This document shows, piece after piece, positions 53,201-64,000 of a DNA stretch of 64,000 bases. Each line of letters opens with the position of its first letter. The stretch's first letter is position 1. The notes beneath the pieces are model-generated. The model saw nothing but the letters and a program-made list of their open reading frames with translations. It ran no database searches and had not been told where the DNA came from. Source of the stretch: Lingula anatina (Eukaryota; Animalia; Brachiopoda); assembly GCA_051362555.1 (NCBI GenBank), contig CM120641.1, positions 14,074,001-14,138,000 on the forward strand, given 5' to 3'. The position numbers and the translations under genes were made by a program.

Positions 53201-53742
53201 CATCCGAAGCCTGTTATTCTAAAAAGAAAACGGGACCCCCAGTTCAAATAATCCTGGATCCGCTCCTGATAATGCGGGTAAGTAACGATATGGAAGGAAA
53301 TAAAGAGATGACCCCGCTGCGTGGCTTTACAATTAACTTGCTATAGTATGTATACTCATGTATATAGTTTATCGATCATGACCACCATTGCAATCTGAAC
53401 TTTTCTGTTTCATCATCCTTGTAATGACTTATTAAATCTTACTTTCTGGAGAGCCTTTTCCTTATCCGAACTTGTTGGATCTAATACGTTTTTCAACCAT
53501 TTTACAGTAAAATATGTGGCGATCAGTGTCACAGAAACGCCAATTAGACTGTGTATTAATTTGGCAATAAGTTCGTGTCTCTGTAGTCCTTGGATGATTT
53601 TCACTTCTTCGGGATGTGCCAGCGCATATCCTGGTTCCCCGGCCTTGCTTATTAATAACCCTCGTGGTTTAAAATGTTCTATGAATGATAACAGTTTTGA
53701 GAGCAGTCCACCATCGGATGCGATAGCACTGGAAGACGCCAT
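45024..53742 (-). CDS. ATAD1: ATPase family AAA domain-containing protein 1 (Msp1/Thorase), complete, 10 coding exons
   Basis: Exons 53742-53443 ([16 protein letters not shown]), 51716-51675, 50989-50809 (WTDIGGL), 49554-49486 (Walker A GPPGCGKT), 47078-46990 (DKWYGESQK), 46765-46723 (Walker B IIFIDEI), 46413-46217 ([24 protein letters not shown]), 46067-46017, 45619-45468 ([15 protein letters not shown]), 45156-45024 (...FHLD*). All GT-AG and phase-consistent. Confidence 0.96.
47158..47207. repeat. (CA)n microsatellite
   Basis: Seen directly. Confidence 0.95.
48473..48705. mobile_element. Older palindromic MITE, family D (second copy ~55225-55472)
   Basis: ATTCAGATTC...GAATCTGAAT termini. 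Shares AAGTGCAATCAGTGGAA and GCAGAGTTGA..GACCCAGCT with the copy in PTEN intron 1. Confidence 0.65.
48822..49367. mobile_element. PIF/Harbinger-type MITE, family C (546 bp, ~160-bp TIRs)
   Basis: TAA|GAGCGCATTCTCAACGAATTAAGCCAGGCTTTACAAAGCCGG ... CCGGCTTTGTAAAGCCTGGCTTAATTCGTTGAGAATGCGCTC|TAA. Confidence 0.92.
51988..52212. mobile_element. Palindromic MITE, family A copy
   Basis: CATTCCCACAGATTTTAGATCGATC ... GATCGATCTTAATCTCTGGGAATG; internal GGGGAGTCTCACTAGATTACTGTCAGC. Confidence 0.8.
52917..53131. mobile_element. Palindromic MITE, family A copy
   Basis: TTAAGACTGCATTCCCA ... TGGGAATGCAGTCTTAA termini, in a TTA/TAA target context typical of PIF/Harbinger. Confidence 0.85.
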
Positions 53743-54271
53743 GTTGATGACGTAAATTTCAATATCCTGTAGGTTATAATGGAAAGTTATTAAGTTTCAT
53801 TCTCTCTTAGCAACATAATTTATTAACTTTTATTTAGCCACTTCATCATACTACTTTATTGCATTAAGTAATGCTCACTAAAGCTGTAGTCCACCTTGAT
53901 CAAAGGTAGCACTGAATATATATTTCCAAGATTGACCTTCGATAAACTAGGCCTCTAAAAACTGGGTCAACTAAGAGTTAATCGGCTTTATTTGAAAAGA
54001 AAAACATCAAACAATCAAAATATATCCACTTAAACATTTTAACGTGATGGGGATATTTCATTCTTCAATTTCGAAATACATTTCTTCATTAGCTCGTTTT
54101 AAGATAAATTTTCAAGGAACTATTTCCTAGCACGTGCTTTGTGTATCCATCCACCAGGAAGACGCCATCATGGATCCTGTGGGTTTCGTACCTTGAGCAA
54201 GGACGCCAAAAAGACCAGTTCTTCACTTACAAATAAGAAATAATCCACATTTAACTTTAGGAGAATGCTTT
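53743..54271. promoter_or_regulatory. Putative bidirectional promoter between ATAD1 and PTEN
   Basis: Divergent start codons only 529 bp apart. E-box CACGTG at 54131. Transcription start sites are not determinable from sequence. Confidence 0.6.

Positions 54272-64000
<9,729 letters not shown>

Noticed and set aside
53516-53755. Plus-strand ORF as a KLLN-like gene in the PTEN promoter
   Set aside because: It is the antisense frame of ATAD1 exon 1 and shows no similarity to KLLN that I can recognise.

Overview
AT-rich, intron-containing animal genomic DNA with no prokaryotic features (no operons, rRNA/tRNA or CRISPR seen). The source is probably an invertebrate deuterostome such as an echinoderm; that is inference only. 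Left to right: (1) the end of a probable DNA transposon carrying a spliced SWIM zinc-finger ORF (ISL2EU/Harbinger-type accessory gene); (2) an intact 264-aa single-pass membrane ORF with signalling-type motifs, whose upstream exons look dead; (3) UTP6 on the minus strand, traceable for 14 exons (~316 codons) with no recognisable C-terminal half in the window; (4) three tandem two-exon GT2 (B4GALNT-like) glycosyltransferases with reciprocal identical tracts; (5) an intron-poor TspanC8 tetraspanin; (6) complete ATAD1 on the minus strand plus a decayed duplicate of its 3' end; (7) PTEN head-to-head with ATAD1, running off the right edge. PTEN has a U12 intron 1, a GC-AG intron and an in-frame N-terminal extension starting MGQCYC. 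Introns and intergenic DNA hold many palindromic PIF/Harbinger-type MITEs, Tc1 relics, a Helentron-type HINE, LINE fragments and a three-level nested insertion centred on a foldback element built from two Tc1 3' halves. I cannot establish a wholly new biological system. The best leads are the putatively lipid-anchored PTEN isoform, the ectodomain-less receptor/adaptor ORF, the Tc1 foldback and the mosaic glycosyltransferase. All annotation was done by eye, with no database searches.
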